A stretch of DNA of 63,769 nucleotides, counting the filler, from Ionaspis alba (taxonomy: Eukaryota), in NCBI GenBank assembly GCA_964255285.1. It is 6 parts of 6 records of this genome, joined end to end, with 100 filler letters (N's around TTAATTAATTAA, not from the genome) between each part and the next. Parts side by side here need not be neighbours in the genome. Positions count along the whole stretch, not along the records: positions 31,987 to 42,523 come from CAXUUL010000600.1; positions 42,624 to 53,153 come from CAXUUL010000601.1; 4 more parts are not named here. One strand, written 5' to 3'. Shown here in pieces: positions 37,743 to 49,296 of this stretch; the stretch's first letter is position 1; every line of letters starts with the position of its first letter. The notes below the pieces were generated by a model. That model searched no databases. It was not told where the DNA came from and was given only the letters and a program-made list of their open reading frames with translations. The position numbers were made by a program, and so were the translations under genes.

Positions 37743-38956
37743 ATGAACAGCTCAACGACCACCACCAACAACGAGGCCATTACGACACAACATGGGAAGC
37801 CAAGGAATGCACAAGTCGCAGATAACATGGACATCGATACCACGAAATCGAGCAGCTTCGAGTCGGCAGCGCGACCCGACGTCATGGAGACTCCGGTAGA
37901 CTCCACCCAAAGCACGAACCATACCCAGACGCACGGCGACATCACGGAGGCGGGAACGAGTATTCTATCGCAAGAAGCTTCAGCTGCGCCTCAGTCGTCC
38001 TCTTTGCAAGATGGAAAGCCAGAAGTAGAGGGACCTTTACTACTAGGCCAGAAGGGTAAGGCCTCTAGCAGAGTCTCATCACAGTTGGTTGGGGTTCTTT
38101 GTTGACACAAAGTTTTGTGCATAGCTCATGCGCTGTCGAGGCCTCATCCTACACAATATCTACTTGATCTCTACGGCCTGACTCCCCTGGCAGCGAGTGT
38201 GGCGCGTATCGATCTAATTACTGGAGAGAAGACCAATAATAAGTTGAGGCGATCTTACGAAGGCCAGGTGAAGACTTTTGGTCTTGCGGGCAGGAACAAA
38301 GCTGTCAAACAGGAGGGCCAAACAGGAGGATTCGCAGAATTGTTGGCCTGGCCAGAGGAGGAATGGCAAAATCAGAAAGTCGGCGCAAATAATTTGCTGT
38401 CAGGCTTACCCGCCCAGATTGAAGCGAAGCTCGAAAGAGCGCTGAAACTCGATCCGGGTCTTGTTCCGAAGAATGATGAGTGGGAGAATGTTCTAGGTCA
38501 CGAGAAATTAAAAACTCCTTTGCCGATATCCGAGATCAAATCGAAGCAAGCCACTCAGATCCCGCCCAAGCAAGGAAAGAGCCAATTGCAAGCCAATGGA
38601 TTGACGATTGGAACGCCTGCAGCTGATGAGGTGGTGCGACCGAAGAGGACAGGCAGAAAGAGACGCTACGATGAGCACAGCTTCGAAGGCTACGGTGAAG
38701 GCTTTGTGGATGATGATGGTGACGTTGGGGATGCCGGTGGCTATTCCTCTGGAGAAGGCAGCAGAAAGAGTAGCGTCTCGAAGAAGAAGAGGAAAAAGGT
38801 AGAATCACTGTCTCGTACTATAGCCTATCTCTTCCCCTTATTAATGTTTGTTAGGACTACAATGCCATTAGCCCGTCCATGATTCCCGACCGGGGAGGCA
38901 GCTATGGGGTGGGGATGATGCATATGGGGAATGGTATCGGAGCTTATAGTAGATGA
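37743..38956 (+). CDS. ROX3: Mediator subunit Med19/Rox3
   Basis: RPHPTQYLLDLYGL..ASVARID..TGEKTNNKLRRSYEG..GLAGRNK; introns 38056-38124 and 38799-38854; start is 37743 or 37827. Confidence 0.85.
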
Positions 38957-40230
38957 ACGTCGGCTGACGATGCCCACAATCTATGTCTACGAAGCCTTCA
39001 CGAAGCCCACGAGCGGCCTAGAGGTTCGTCATGGACGCGTCGATCATTCCGGTGACGATGACCACGAAATGGATCCAAATGGATTCAGGCAGGATATCCA
39101 TCATTACGATCTTGTGTTATTGCATTACATATTTGGGTATACCCGGAGGAAGCTTGTCTTCGATACTCCAACAGATAGCTGAATAACCACAGCTGCGGGC
39201 GAGATAAGGACACATGGCGTTCTGGTATCTTCTTGGTGATGCGATGACTCCACGGAAGGTCCTGGTCGCTTGCGCAGATTCATGTATGCTGTTGATAAAT
39301 AGATGAATCCAACATATAGAAAGTCTATTGCTTGTTGCTATTAGTACATAACACCATGTGATTGAACGAATGGTGTTGGACACTGAACCGACATGTATGA
39401 CAGTGATCGGGAGAACCAGACCGGTGTGTAGGATTATAACAAGGTTCATTCCATACCAAACAGAGCATGATTTTGGTAGACTCGCTTTTCTCTCAAGGCT
39501 GCTGAGCTAATAAGCGCTTGACCCTAACTTATCGATAATGGTGGCTGAGGGGAGTATTCTCGGCCAACAAGGGGATGAAGTAAAGATGTTATGCAGTTTC
39601 TGGATGTCAGAAGCATGAGATACAATAGCGATACATGAATAGAGGGGAGATTCTTGAAGTCCTTCGACATCATTTGACATGTGCTCAAGAGGAAGTAGTG
39701 GAAGTGCAAGTTTCAAAATTAATTCGGCTGGGTTGTACCGGTCGCCGTGACGCTAAAAGTAAACACTGGATCATTGCTCATCTCCCCGTGCTTCCGTCCA
39801 CGCTTTCAAGCTGCAGAATTTTCAATACAGCCTCTGTGTACGATAAATAGGAACAGATCATCAATCAATCCTATCTGCGTCATCTTGAATCAGTCTATCG
39901 AGCTTCCTGGTTGTTGTGGTAGTTTGAGTGGTGGGGAGGCTCTGAAAAAGCGGTGGCTAGCCCGAGGAGGTTGGGAGCTCAAGCCGAGCTCGATAGACAT
40001 CTAAGCATCACCCTCTGCTCCCCTCCACGCACTCTCCCTTGTCATCCTCTCAAAGTCGCATTGTGAAAGACATTCTCTGACGACATCCTGAGCATTGCCT
40101 CTGCGTGCGCATTCTAGGAAATCGTTGCGAAAGAGCCCGCTTGGCTTTGGGCTCCACAAGCGGTGAGGTCATCCCAAAGCCTCGTTGTGCGAACATTCCA
40201 GTCGACGTACGAAATCGCAAACCAGCCAGA

Positions 40231-41505
40231 ATGCGTCTCTCACAATCGCCACCCACGCTTCTTTCCCTTCTAGCAGTCATCCTCTCGTCTACGCATACCG
40301 CTCAAGCAAAGCCATACCCGCGAGAAGAATCGATACTCGACCAACGCGATTTTACACTCGAAGCACGACAGTGTCCACAAGCAAATTTGTGTGGCTGGTC
40401 AAAACAGCTGTGTTGCACATCTGGTACAACATGTATCACTGATCAAAATGGCCAGGCTCAGTGTGCTGCTAGCAATCAGGCACCAGCAGCGATCACAACC
40501 CAGGTCGGTAATGTCAACGGACAATGGCAATACTTTACCACCACCTATGTCCAGACCGACCTTGTGACAATAGTCACCACCTACAGCTCCTTCGTCGGAT
40601 ACGCCACACCCACAGTTCAAACGCTGGCTGTACCAACTACGTATGTACCAGTTGCAACTCCAACGACTCCTGCCACTGCCATCTGCAACCCAAACCTCAA
40701 TGAAGTCTCCTGCGGTCCTATCTGCTGTGCCTCCGGACAATTCTGCCAATACGCTGGCTCGTGCGCTGCAGCTGGAGGTAGTTCGGCAGCTGCTACATAC
40801 TTTGTTCCTGCTTCCTCTGCCTCTGCTTCCGCATTCATCCGTCCCACAAGCAACACAGTTCAAACAGTCATCTCTACTGGCACAGCAACAACGACAATCC
40901 CCTTCCAGACTCCAATTGGTACGGATGGAAGCGCCGTCACAGGAATGACCGCCGTCCAACAAAACAACGGTCTCAGTGGAGGGGCTATTGCAGGAATCGT
41001 CATCGGTGTCTTGCTACTTCTCTTCATCCTCTTCATCATCTGTCTCTGCTGCTGCGCCAAGGGTCTCTTGGATAGAATACTTGGCATTTTTGGTCTTGGC
41101 CCCCGAGCCAGGAAGCGAAGAGTTGAAACCTCGACCTATGTCGAAGAGCATCATCATTCGCACGGAGGAACAGGTGCCGCTGCAGCTGGAGGACGTACGT
41201 GGTACGGAGGACGGAGGAATGACGGACCCAGTCGGCCTGCAAAGAAGACGAATGGATTCGGCGGTGCGCTGGGTGTTGCAGGCGCATTGGCTGCCCTAGC
41301 AGTGTTGCTGGGATTGAAGAGGAGGAGGGATAGGGATGAGAAGAGTAGTTATGGAACGGGAAGCAGTTATACGTACAGTGATTACACGAGTGCCAGTAAG
41401 TGACTTCGCTTCGGATCTGTTCATGGAACACTGCTAATAATATTTTCAGGTAGTGCATCTTCCGATGATCGGCGGACCAGGGATTCGAGAAGATCGAGAC
41501 GATAG
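40231..41505 (+). CDS. Cell-surface membrane protein: signal peptide, two Cys-rich modules, Ser/Thr stalk, TM helix (Mid2-like architecture)
   Basis: Hydrophobic N-terminus; CPQANLCG..CCTSGTTC and CNPNL..CGPICCASGQFC; GLSGGAIAGIVIGV TM followed by CLCCC; intron 41396-41449. Confidence 0.85.
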
Positions 41506-41996
41506 TACAGAGAAGGAGGAGGCATACCTAGTAATTAAGCATAGCGAATGGTGAATTGCATGTAGGCGTCTCAAGGAGGATCAGTGGTCTTATTTGACAA
41601 TGCAATGGGTCATGGTGCTACAAATGGTTTCTTGCGATATTGGACAAAGAAGTTGCCCAGTCTTGGATATTAGCGAGTTAAGCTAAATCGCAAGTGGAGA
41701 ACTCGTTACATATCAGATTCTAATGTATATATCATTCCTTACAAAGTATACGCTCATTCACAATCACGAATGAATTGGATTTATTATGCTCTGCTATATT
41801 AAGTCACAAAAGCCCTCTCGGCCTTACTTTGTAGGCTCGGCCTTGGCAAATCATGTCTCCCCGCAAGCTGACATAATCAACGCCAAGCTCTCCAAAAGCA
41901 ACCTCAACCTTGACGCAGTACCAGTCACTTCCGCAATCCCCACCAAGCTATACACATACCACCCCACCGCCCACACACTCGATCTCTGCCTCCAGC

Positions 41997-42523
41997 ATGC
42001 CGCCTTTGCGGCCTCTCCTTCGTCAATTGCCTCAGCGCAGTCTCCTCACCGCTCGCCCTGCCTCCCGCATCCCACTTCCAATCACAAGCACCTGCGCGTC
42101 AACCAAGTCTTTCTCGACGACACTCCTTCGCAAATCAGACGAGGCTCACGGCTCACAGTACGAACCACCAACCGGCTGGCTCTTTGGCGTTCCGCCAGGG
42201 GAGAAATACAAGAAAGAGGGCTGGGAGGGCATCTGGTATTGGGGATTCTGGGGGAGTCTAGGGCTCGCTGTGGTGGCATACGTGTATAAACCTGACAGCT
42301 CGTAAGTGGTGTCTCGGTCTGCCTTCTACTATGAGCATAGTGCCGTGGACAGATAGAGGTTGAGAGGGTCTAGGAGTATGGGGCTTCTATGGGCGGAGAT
42401 TGACCACATGGGATATAGAGCGGAGTGTGGCTCTACGAAGAAAGAAGTGCTCGTGATTTACAAGTTGTGAAACTGATCATTAAGCTACAGGATCCAGACG
42501 TGGGCGCTTGAAGAAGCACAGAG
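41997..42523 (+). CDS. Complex I accessory subunit ESSS/NDUFB11, end lost in gap
   Basis: Presequence, then YEPPTGWLFG..KYKKEGWE..YVYKPDS|IQTWALEEA; intron 42302-42490. Confidence 0.88.
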
Positions 42524-42623
42524 NNNNNNNNNNNNNNNNNNNNNNNNNNNNNNNNNNNNNNNNNNNNTTAATTAATTAANNNNNNNNNNNNNNNNNNNNN
42601 NNNNNNNNNNNNNNNNNNNNNNN

Positions 42624-43988
42624 TGGGAGGGGTGGGTCGAATGGGGAGGTGAGGAGATCTTCTGGAGGTTTAGGTGCGGGTTTTTGTGATTGCGTGTGCG
42701 GCGGAATGGCTTGTCTTTGAGGTATTTGAATCGGTTGTTGACCAGAGTTTTGCGGATAGTTTCTTCGGTCATTGTAGAAGTTAGGTGGTTGTCCCGTGCT
42801 CGAAGGAGGGGGTAGAGGAGGAGGCTGGCCGTGGTATCTGTGGTCTGTCGTAGCGGATTGTGGTGGCGGTATGGACGAATTGCTGGGAGGATTGAAGGTA
42901 GCGCGTCGTGTCTGATATTCATTGAAACTGGGTCCAGTTGGTTCCGAAGTATGGAATGTGTTTTGCGGGCCGCTATAATGTTGCGTTTGATGTGGTCTCA
43001 TCGGCTGAAAGCGCTGGTGATACCCTTCTTGGTATGAGCTTGACCTGGGCTGACTCTCAGCCAGTTTCGGATGTGGTGGTACTGGAGGAGGACTGGTGAT
43101 AGGTTGAGAAGAATGATTGTGCTCCATGAACGGCTTCGGCGGTGGTGGTGGAGGGTGATGAGCAGACAGAGACGAGGATTCTCTATGCTGCTCATTTGAC
43201 AACCGCCCTCCTAGTTCCGGTGGTAATGGGGGTACTGGCGGACCACTGCCATTCATCCTTTGATCTTGCGAGTGGGAAGCCATCCTTGCCCTTTGTTCCT
43301 GCTTGGATATGACAGGCGGTTCTCTCGAGAAGATCTCTTGTAATACTCGTAAGAACTCGGACAGACTGGACCGCTAAAATGGTCCGTCAGCTGTCAATGT
43401 CGTGTACGTGCGATGCCAAAGATGACTTGAAGCGCCAGGGTTCGAGGAATGGTGTACAGGCTGTGCACTTGTGAAGTTGAAATTGCCTACATCTGGTCTC
43501 CAGCCTGCCAAGTATGGATGGTATATCCTTCCCTCTCCACTGACATGTTGCCCAGGTCTAACAGCCATGTCTCGCGTAGGTGTCACAAGTGCTATTGGTC
43601 CCTCTCTAGGATATCCGTGTGGTACCCAGAGTGATACTGGGTACGAGTATGTGTTGCCGCGAAACGGCACAGGTAGAGTGCCTGCGAGGTGGAGTAGAAG
43701 GGATGATTGGCCATTTTCGAACGCTTGCAACAGTCAGTGTGTTACTCGCTAGAGATGCCAATTTGATTTCGGTTGATGCAGCCGTAACACGTACTGTAAA
43801 CATCTGTCTGAGGTCGAAGAGTGGGAGCCTGTGACAGAATCTGGGCAATATCGGAGAAAGTGCGGGTTGAGTCGGCGTAGTCCCGCTTTGAGATTGGATC
43901 AGCACAATTCTTTGTACGGGAATGACCAGCAACTTACGCTCAGCACACTTTGCAGCCAACTCAGCACTTTTGCAGGAACCGCTGCCAT
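42624..43988 (-). CDS. VPS23: ESCRT-I UEV protein Vps23/Stp22 (TSG101), 3' end in gap
   Basis: MAAVPAKVLSWL; UEV motifs LAGTLPVPFRGNTYSYPVSLWVPHGYP and VRPGQHVSGEGRIYHPYL; Pro-rich linker; three introns. Confidence 0.93.
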
Positions 43989-44235
43989 GAATGTAAATGT
44001 AGAAGACCGCTATCTGCACTTCCTTGCTAGGGCTGATGAAGAAGCGAAGCCTAAGAATATAATACGAAGATCACAAGGCTTTTTGGTTCATCATCCGCAT
44101 ATGTGTTGGAAGAAATTGAATGTTCGTTCCATCGTTTCCGCTTTTAGTATTCCCCGTTGTATACACAGTCAATGTTCAAGTATTCAAGAGATGTATTAGT
44201 GCAGGCATACGAATTGTGAGCCACTTCGTTAGTGG

Positions 44236-45193
44236 ATGATGGACGATGAATCAGTGCCACCGAGGTCGGACACAATCCATTCGGACAGCTCAGACAACGA
44301 AGAGATTGGAGATACTTCCCTGTTTCAGGAGCCAGAAGGATACTTTCCGCCAGAGAAACCTCCAACCTTTGCCGAGCACACCTTGTTGTCGGGCGAGAAT
44401 CTCAGATTGCGCCTAGTTGGCCACAACCCATTGTGGGTACGGAGCTTCCAAGCAAAATCCGAGCATTTCACTCACATCACCGGGTAGGGCCATCTTCTGT
44501 GGAATGCCGGACAGGTTGTCTCAGGATACCTGGAGAATCATGCAAGAGAGATGGTCGAGGGAAAGGACGTGCTGGAACTGGGTGCAGGAGCAGGATTACC
44601 AGGCCTCGTTTGTGCCATGAAAGGTGCTAGGAAGGTATGTGGTGCTATCAGAAATGTCTTACTTTGACTTACGCTTTCTAGGTGGTGATTACGGACTATC
44701 CCGATGTGGATCTCATCGATAATCTCAAGTATAACATACAGAGTTGCAAGCAAGGACAGCAACTGGGGTCCGAAGTCTCTGCTGAGGTAGCTGTTCACGT
44801 ACATGCTATAGAGTCGTAGCTAACAAGTAGTGACAGGGCTACCTCTGGGGTGCCGCTCCACCACCGGCCATGTGCTCAGGATTTGACACGCTAATTCTGG
44901 CTGATCTATTATTCAATCACTCAGAGCACGAGAAGCTTCTGTCCACCATTCGTCTGACCATGAGACGAAAGCTTTCATCAAAATCGCTAGTCTTTTTCAC
45001 CCCTTACCGGCCGTGGCTACTGAAGCAGGACATGGCATTCTTTGACTTAGCGAGAAGGGCAGGGTTCCTGGTAAAGAAGGTCACGGAGAAAGTCATGGAT
45101 CAGGTCATGTTCGCAGAAGATCGAGGCGATGAGTTGCTGAGACGGACTGTGTTTGGCTATGTACTGCAATGGTCCACTGAAACAACAATATGA
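44236..45193 (+). CDS. EFM7: Protein N-terminal/lysine methyltransferase Efm7 (Nnt1)
   Basis: LRLVGHNPLW|GHLLWNAG, VLELGAGAGLP, ITDYPD, LILADLLFNHSEH and FFTPYRPW; introns 44437-44487, 44635-44681 and 44787-44836. Confidence 0.92.
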
Positions 45194-45200
45194 TAAGGAA

Positions 45201-45371
45201 GCAATTGCCTGTTTACGAATATGCATTGGTCTATCTGAACAAGAAAATTATCACGAGGCGATTGCCAGTATACAAGCATGTACTGGTCTATAGGAACAAG
45301 AAAGTAATCATGAGGCAATTGCCAGTCTATTAAGTATACTTGTCTATGGAACAAAGGAAAATCGTCACGAG
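45201..45371. repeat. Degenerate 57-bp tandem repeat, 3 copies
   Basis: Units begin gcaattgcc / gcgattgcc / gcaattgcc at 45201, 45258 and 45315; each contains gtctat..aacaa..aaa..tca(c/t)gag. Confidence 0.8.
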
Positions 45372-45472
45372 GAGTCCGCCAATTTGTCTATGTACACGGA
45401 AAAACCCAGAAAAGCAAACCCCAATTCCCAACTCCCAACTCCCAACTCCAAAACCGGCAGTACAAAAGAAAA

Positions 45473-46129
45473 CTAGAAAGACTCATCGGGGGCCTCCCCC
45501 CCGAATGATGTCACCCTCTCTATGATGACAGGTCGTTGTGCCGAGGGCATTTGAGCCCGAAGGGCGGCCGCGTTCAGCCGCTCCAGAATGGCCCTTGATT
45601 TGGCCATTAGAGCCTCCGTTTCGATGTCGGAGGGCTTCTTGTTGCCGCATTGTGCGGCGAAGATGCGCATCGGGCTTGAGCCCGGCTCTTTGCCTTTGTA
45701 GGCCGGTGTTGGGGTGAAGGGGGGATTGTCGGAGGATGAGAGGTGTTGGGAGATTTGGTATGTTCTTCCGATGAGGAAGAACTCCCTCTTATGCGTTGTG
45801 CATTTGTCTTGCACAAGTGGCGTGGGAAAGATGGGAGGCTCTGGTGCTTTGGCTGGTGCCAATTGTTTGGAGAGAATGCGGGTGGGGGGAGGTGGCCATG
45901 ACACTAAAAGTGCCAAGAATCGTTCTGCATCCCTTTCGGGAGGAGAGATGCTGGAGGGATGGGGGAGCGGAGCGGAGATAGAGGCTGTTGCCTTTTGTGG
46001 GGAGATGAGAGCGGCGGGGGGGCTGGTCCTGCTCTGGTGTTGTTTACGGCTGCGCCGTTTCTGGACGAATTGCTTCGCCTTGGTAGTAATCTTGGCCGAG
46101 AGCCTGGATATGGCAGATTTCAGCTGCAT
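45473..46129 (-). CDS. Orphan basic, Pro-rich hypothetical protein (218 aa)
   Basis: Open ATG-to-stop frame, upstream CT-rich leader and TATATAA at about 46397-46403 on the minus strand; no recognisable domain. Confidence 0.45.
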   Translation of the reverse strand: MQLKSAISRLSAKITTKAKQFVQKRRSRKQHQSRTSPPAALISPQKATASISAPLPHPSSISPPERDAERFLALLVSWPPPPTRILSKQLAPAKAPEPPIFPTPLVQDKCTTHKREFFLIGRTYQISQHLSSSDNPPFTPTPAYKGKEPGSSPMRIFAAQCGNKKPSDIETEALMAKSRAILERLNAAALRAQMPSAQRPVIIERVTSFGGEAPDESF

Positions 46130-46189
46130 GGTTGCTTGAGTTCGAGAGAAGTAGAAAGTGCGAAGGGAAAAGGTGCTGTTGTGATGTGG

Positions 46190-46347
46190 AGAAGTAGAAA
46201 GTACGACAGGAGAGCTTGATAGTGCGATGAGCAGAGATCTTTCTCGGGGAGACTGTGCACAAGGAAGCAGAAGTAGAAAGTACGACAGGGGAGCTTGCTA
46301 GTGCGATGAGCAGAGATCTTTCTCGGTGAGACTGTGTACAAGGAAGC
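46190..46347. repeat. 79-bp near-perfect tandem duplication
   Basis: agaagtagaaagtacgacagg...aaggaagc occurs at 46190 and 46269 with about four mismatches. Confidence 0.92.
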
Positions 46348-46726
46348 AGTGATGTTCGCAATGATGAGGAGAAAAGAGTAAGGGACGATGGTGCCCTTAT
46401 ATACTGAAGGAAAGGAAAGGCCGTGATCTCGCATAGCTCTCGGAACCATCCATTTCAACAGAGTTTCTCATTTCCATGGTAGCATATGACAACAATATCG
46501 CGATGTTTACATTCACTGAGATCATCAACACACTAGAAGCTCAGCGGGGAATACCAAACATGGTACAATTGCAAAGCCTGCTTCATTCATATGGATATAC
46601 ATGAGAAAACCAGCGGTTGAGTCCCGCCTTACTATTGTACAGCCCTCCACAAGCTACCAATTCCACCCAATCCACTGCGCCTACCGTTCCTGCCATCTCC
46701 CTTTGTAGCCTTCCTCACACTTTAAC

Positions 46727-47911
46727 TTAGAAGTGACCCGGCTTGGCACCTAACGACCCCTGGGCCTCGAGATCGACCATCGCGGTACCAAATCTGTTGT
46801 GGAGAGGACTGGTCGAAGGCGAGTGATTGACTCGGGTTAGTTCGCTATCAGCAGGACTCAATGGACTATTGAAAGGCTTTCTATCCATGGATTGACCAGC
46901 CGAATCTGTCTTGTAGCTACTCCCGACGTATTTGCGAGCTGCTTGAGGTTCCGAGGAAGCCTGGGTACGGCCGTCCACATTGGAAGATGCCCACAAGGAA
47001 GACAGGGGTAGGAAGATGGCGACCAGAGTTAAGACGTTGGAGTCCATGGAAGGGAGATCCACAAAATATTGCAAGATAGAGAAAATTGCTACAAATAAAG
47101 TTTAGCTCACCAGATTGGGAAGGGGAAAGTGGCTCCTACCTGGAATGATGAGAGTCTGACAGCCCATAATGAAGATGATTTGCATTGGTCCGAAGCGACG
47201 AAGTCCGAATTTGCGTCGCTGGTGCAAAGCAAAGCCAAGCTTGGTAAGGAATACGGCGGAGAACCAGCAAACACTGATAGATGTCATGATGTTGGTTGCA
47301 CTGGTGAGCCAAGTCAAGGATACCAAGGTCGACAAAGAGTAGATTGCCCTGGCATTGTCTATGCACAACGCGAGACGGAAGGCGATGGCAAGTAGAGCAA
47401 TGACTATCGAGAGAAGTGTGACGATCTGGCGATAAGACTTGCGAAGCGTCACGCAGACGACTTGGGTTTGCAAGAGTAGGGAGAGCTCGACGCAGATCAG
47501 GAGGAGAAAGGTGAAGACTGTTGCAGCCACGGAGGTCGAGTATGCGGAAGATGGAACCCTCGAATAGTCTTGCCCGAAGTAGGCGTAGATTTCGGAGAAT
47601 GGTCCGGTGAAGTAGAGACACAGTAGCAGGTTGCGAATGAAGTTGATGCCCAGGGAAACCGAATTGAGGATGAAGACTGGGGAGGATCGCTTTTCCGCTT
47701 TCGTGAGCAGAGCCAGGACAATCAAGAGGACGAGTGAAGCCCCGAGCTGAGCTGCATAGTTGATGCAGATCTCCACGCTGTAGAGGATGAAGTCGTCGAG
47801 ATCCGGCACGGTGACATTGAAGGGTGTGCCATCTTGAAGGAGGAGGGTGAAGGCTTGGGTGAAGGGATCAAAGGGGGCAGCGGGAGACATGCTGGAGTTC
47901 GTAGCAGACAT
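46727..47911 (-). CDS. STE2: Alpha-factor-type pheromone receptor Ste2/Pre2 (class D GPCR)
   Basis: FDPFTQAFTL..DGTPFNV, INYAAQLGAS, VELSLLLQ, KLGFAL..RRKFGL..FGPMQIIFIMGCQTLIIP and LPLSSLWAS; intron 47089-47139. Confidence 0.96.
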
Positions 47912-49296
47912 CTTTCAGGTTCTCGCAGAGATGACCTGAAGATGTCGATGAAGTGTGACAAAGCTGATGTAATGGGAATTGAAGCTTTCGACTGATGGTG
48001 AACTGTGACTGAGTAGAGCAACGATTTCTTGGGCAATGGTAAGAGAATGTCGAAGAAGGAAGAAGGAAGTAGGTAGAAAGAGAAGTGTAGTAAAGAAGTC
48101 TGTAAGATATAGGTACTACTGTGCTTGTTGAAGATGAATGGATATGGAAGAATAGGTACGACTTTTGGCCACAATGGTAGCCTCAAGTTGTATTTTGGTC
48201 GTATGAATGTCTCGATATTCGAAGACAATATGAAATTTCTACGATGTGCCTTCACACCCAGAACGCAGAGAAGAGCTGAACATGAAGTTACATGCAGAAA
48301 CAATGGAAACCAGTCCTCCAACCTGAGCCATCTCATGCCCATCGAAGTCACTCGAATTCCCAGCAAGACAATGAAAACCACTCCAGATGTCTTCGCCATC
48401 ATCCAATAGTAAGTAAGAAAAAGAAACACTTTCCCCAACCCGGACAGTCGCTTCTGTGGCGAGTGAGGTCTCTGGCTTAGCCCAAAAGGCTTCATATTGT
48501 TCTCCCATCTCGGCCGCTCACCGGAAGCATTTTGTGTACTCAGATGTCCTCCTCAATGTAGCCATAACGCTAGAACTATGAGCACGATCCAATATAGTGA
48601 TAGGTAATAGATATGCCAATGATTCAAGGCCGATGCGGCTCTCAAATGAGGATGAAATTAAGAAGGATGGAAGGACCTTTGCAGATTAGTGGTGGCCCGA
48701 AGCACTAACCGTCTTAGTACTAGCGCACAATGGATGGTCGCCAAGCCATGGACTTTGCTGCCACCGGATTATGTACAAACGTCAACGCTCTTAACAACTG
48801 CCACGTAAAGATGGTGAATGGACACTGAGGCCTCATCGATCCAGAAAGTTGACTCAAAGACCCTAATCAGAGGCTCCCATTCTCCCCACAACCTGGGTGA
48901 CTCTCGAGCTGATAGGACAACATCTTGAAACTTTTCAGACATTACTCAACCCAGGTGGTGAATCTCTGTTAGACATTCGAATAATATTGTAGTGAAGCCT
49001 ACAGCTTTCCTCTTCTCATCTTACCCAGATTTTCTATGGCATGTTATTTTGTGAATGATCTTTCAATTACTGCGACCCTTACCTTTCAATTGAGGTGTCT
49101 ACCTGAATCGTCCAAACCGGTCACTAATACTTGGGTTGTGTGTAATGTGCTCAAGCGCTGGAATTGTCGCTAAACGATTACACCCAAATCAGTGAACTTC
49201 TTCCAGCAAAGATTGTACCATTTCGCCCTCACCGTCCAGGGTTCAATTGACTTTTCCGTTACAAACTCCTAGAATCCTTTTTTGTCCTGGTAAGAG

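Noticed and set aside
45201..46347. Tandem repeats as a possible CRISPR-like array
   Set aside because: Eukaryotic context, contiguous units with no unique spacers, and no cas genes.
47722..48495. 257-aa hydrophobic ORF upstream of and overlapping the STE2 start
   Set aside because: Probably a by-product of the CT-rich leader; it is in a different frame from STE2 and has no motifs.
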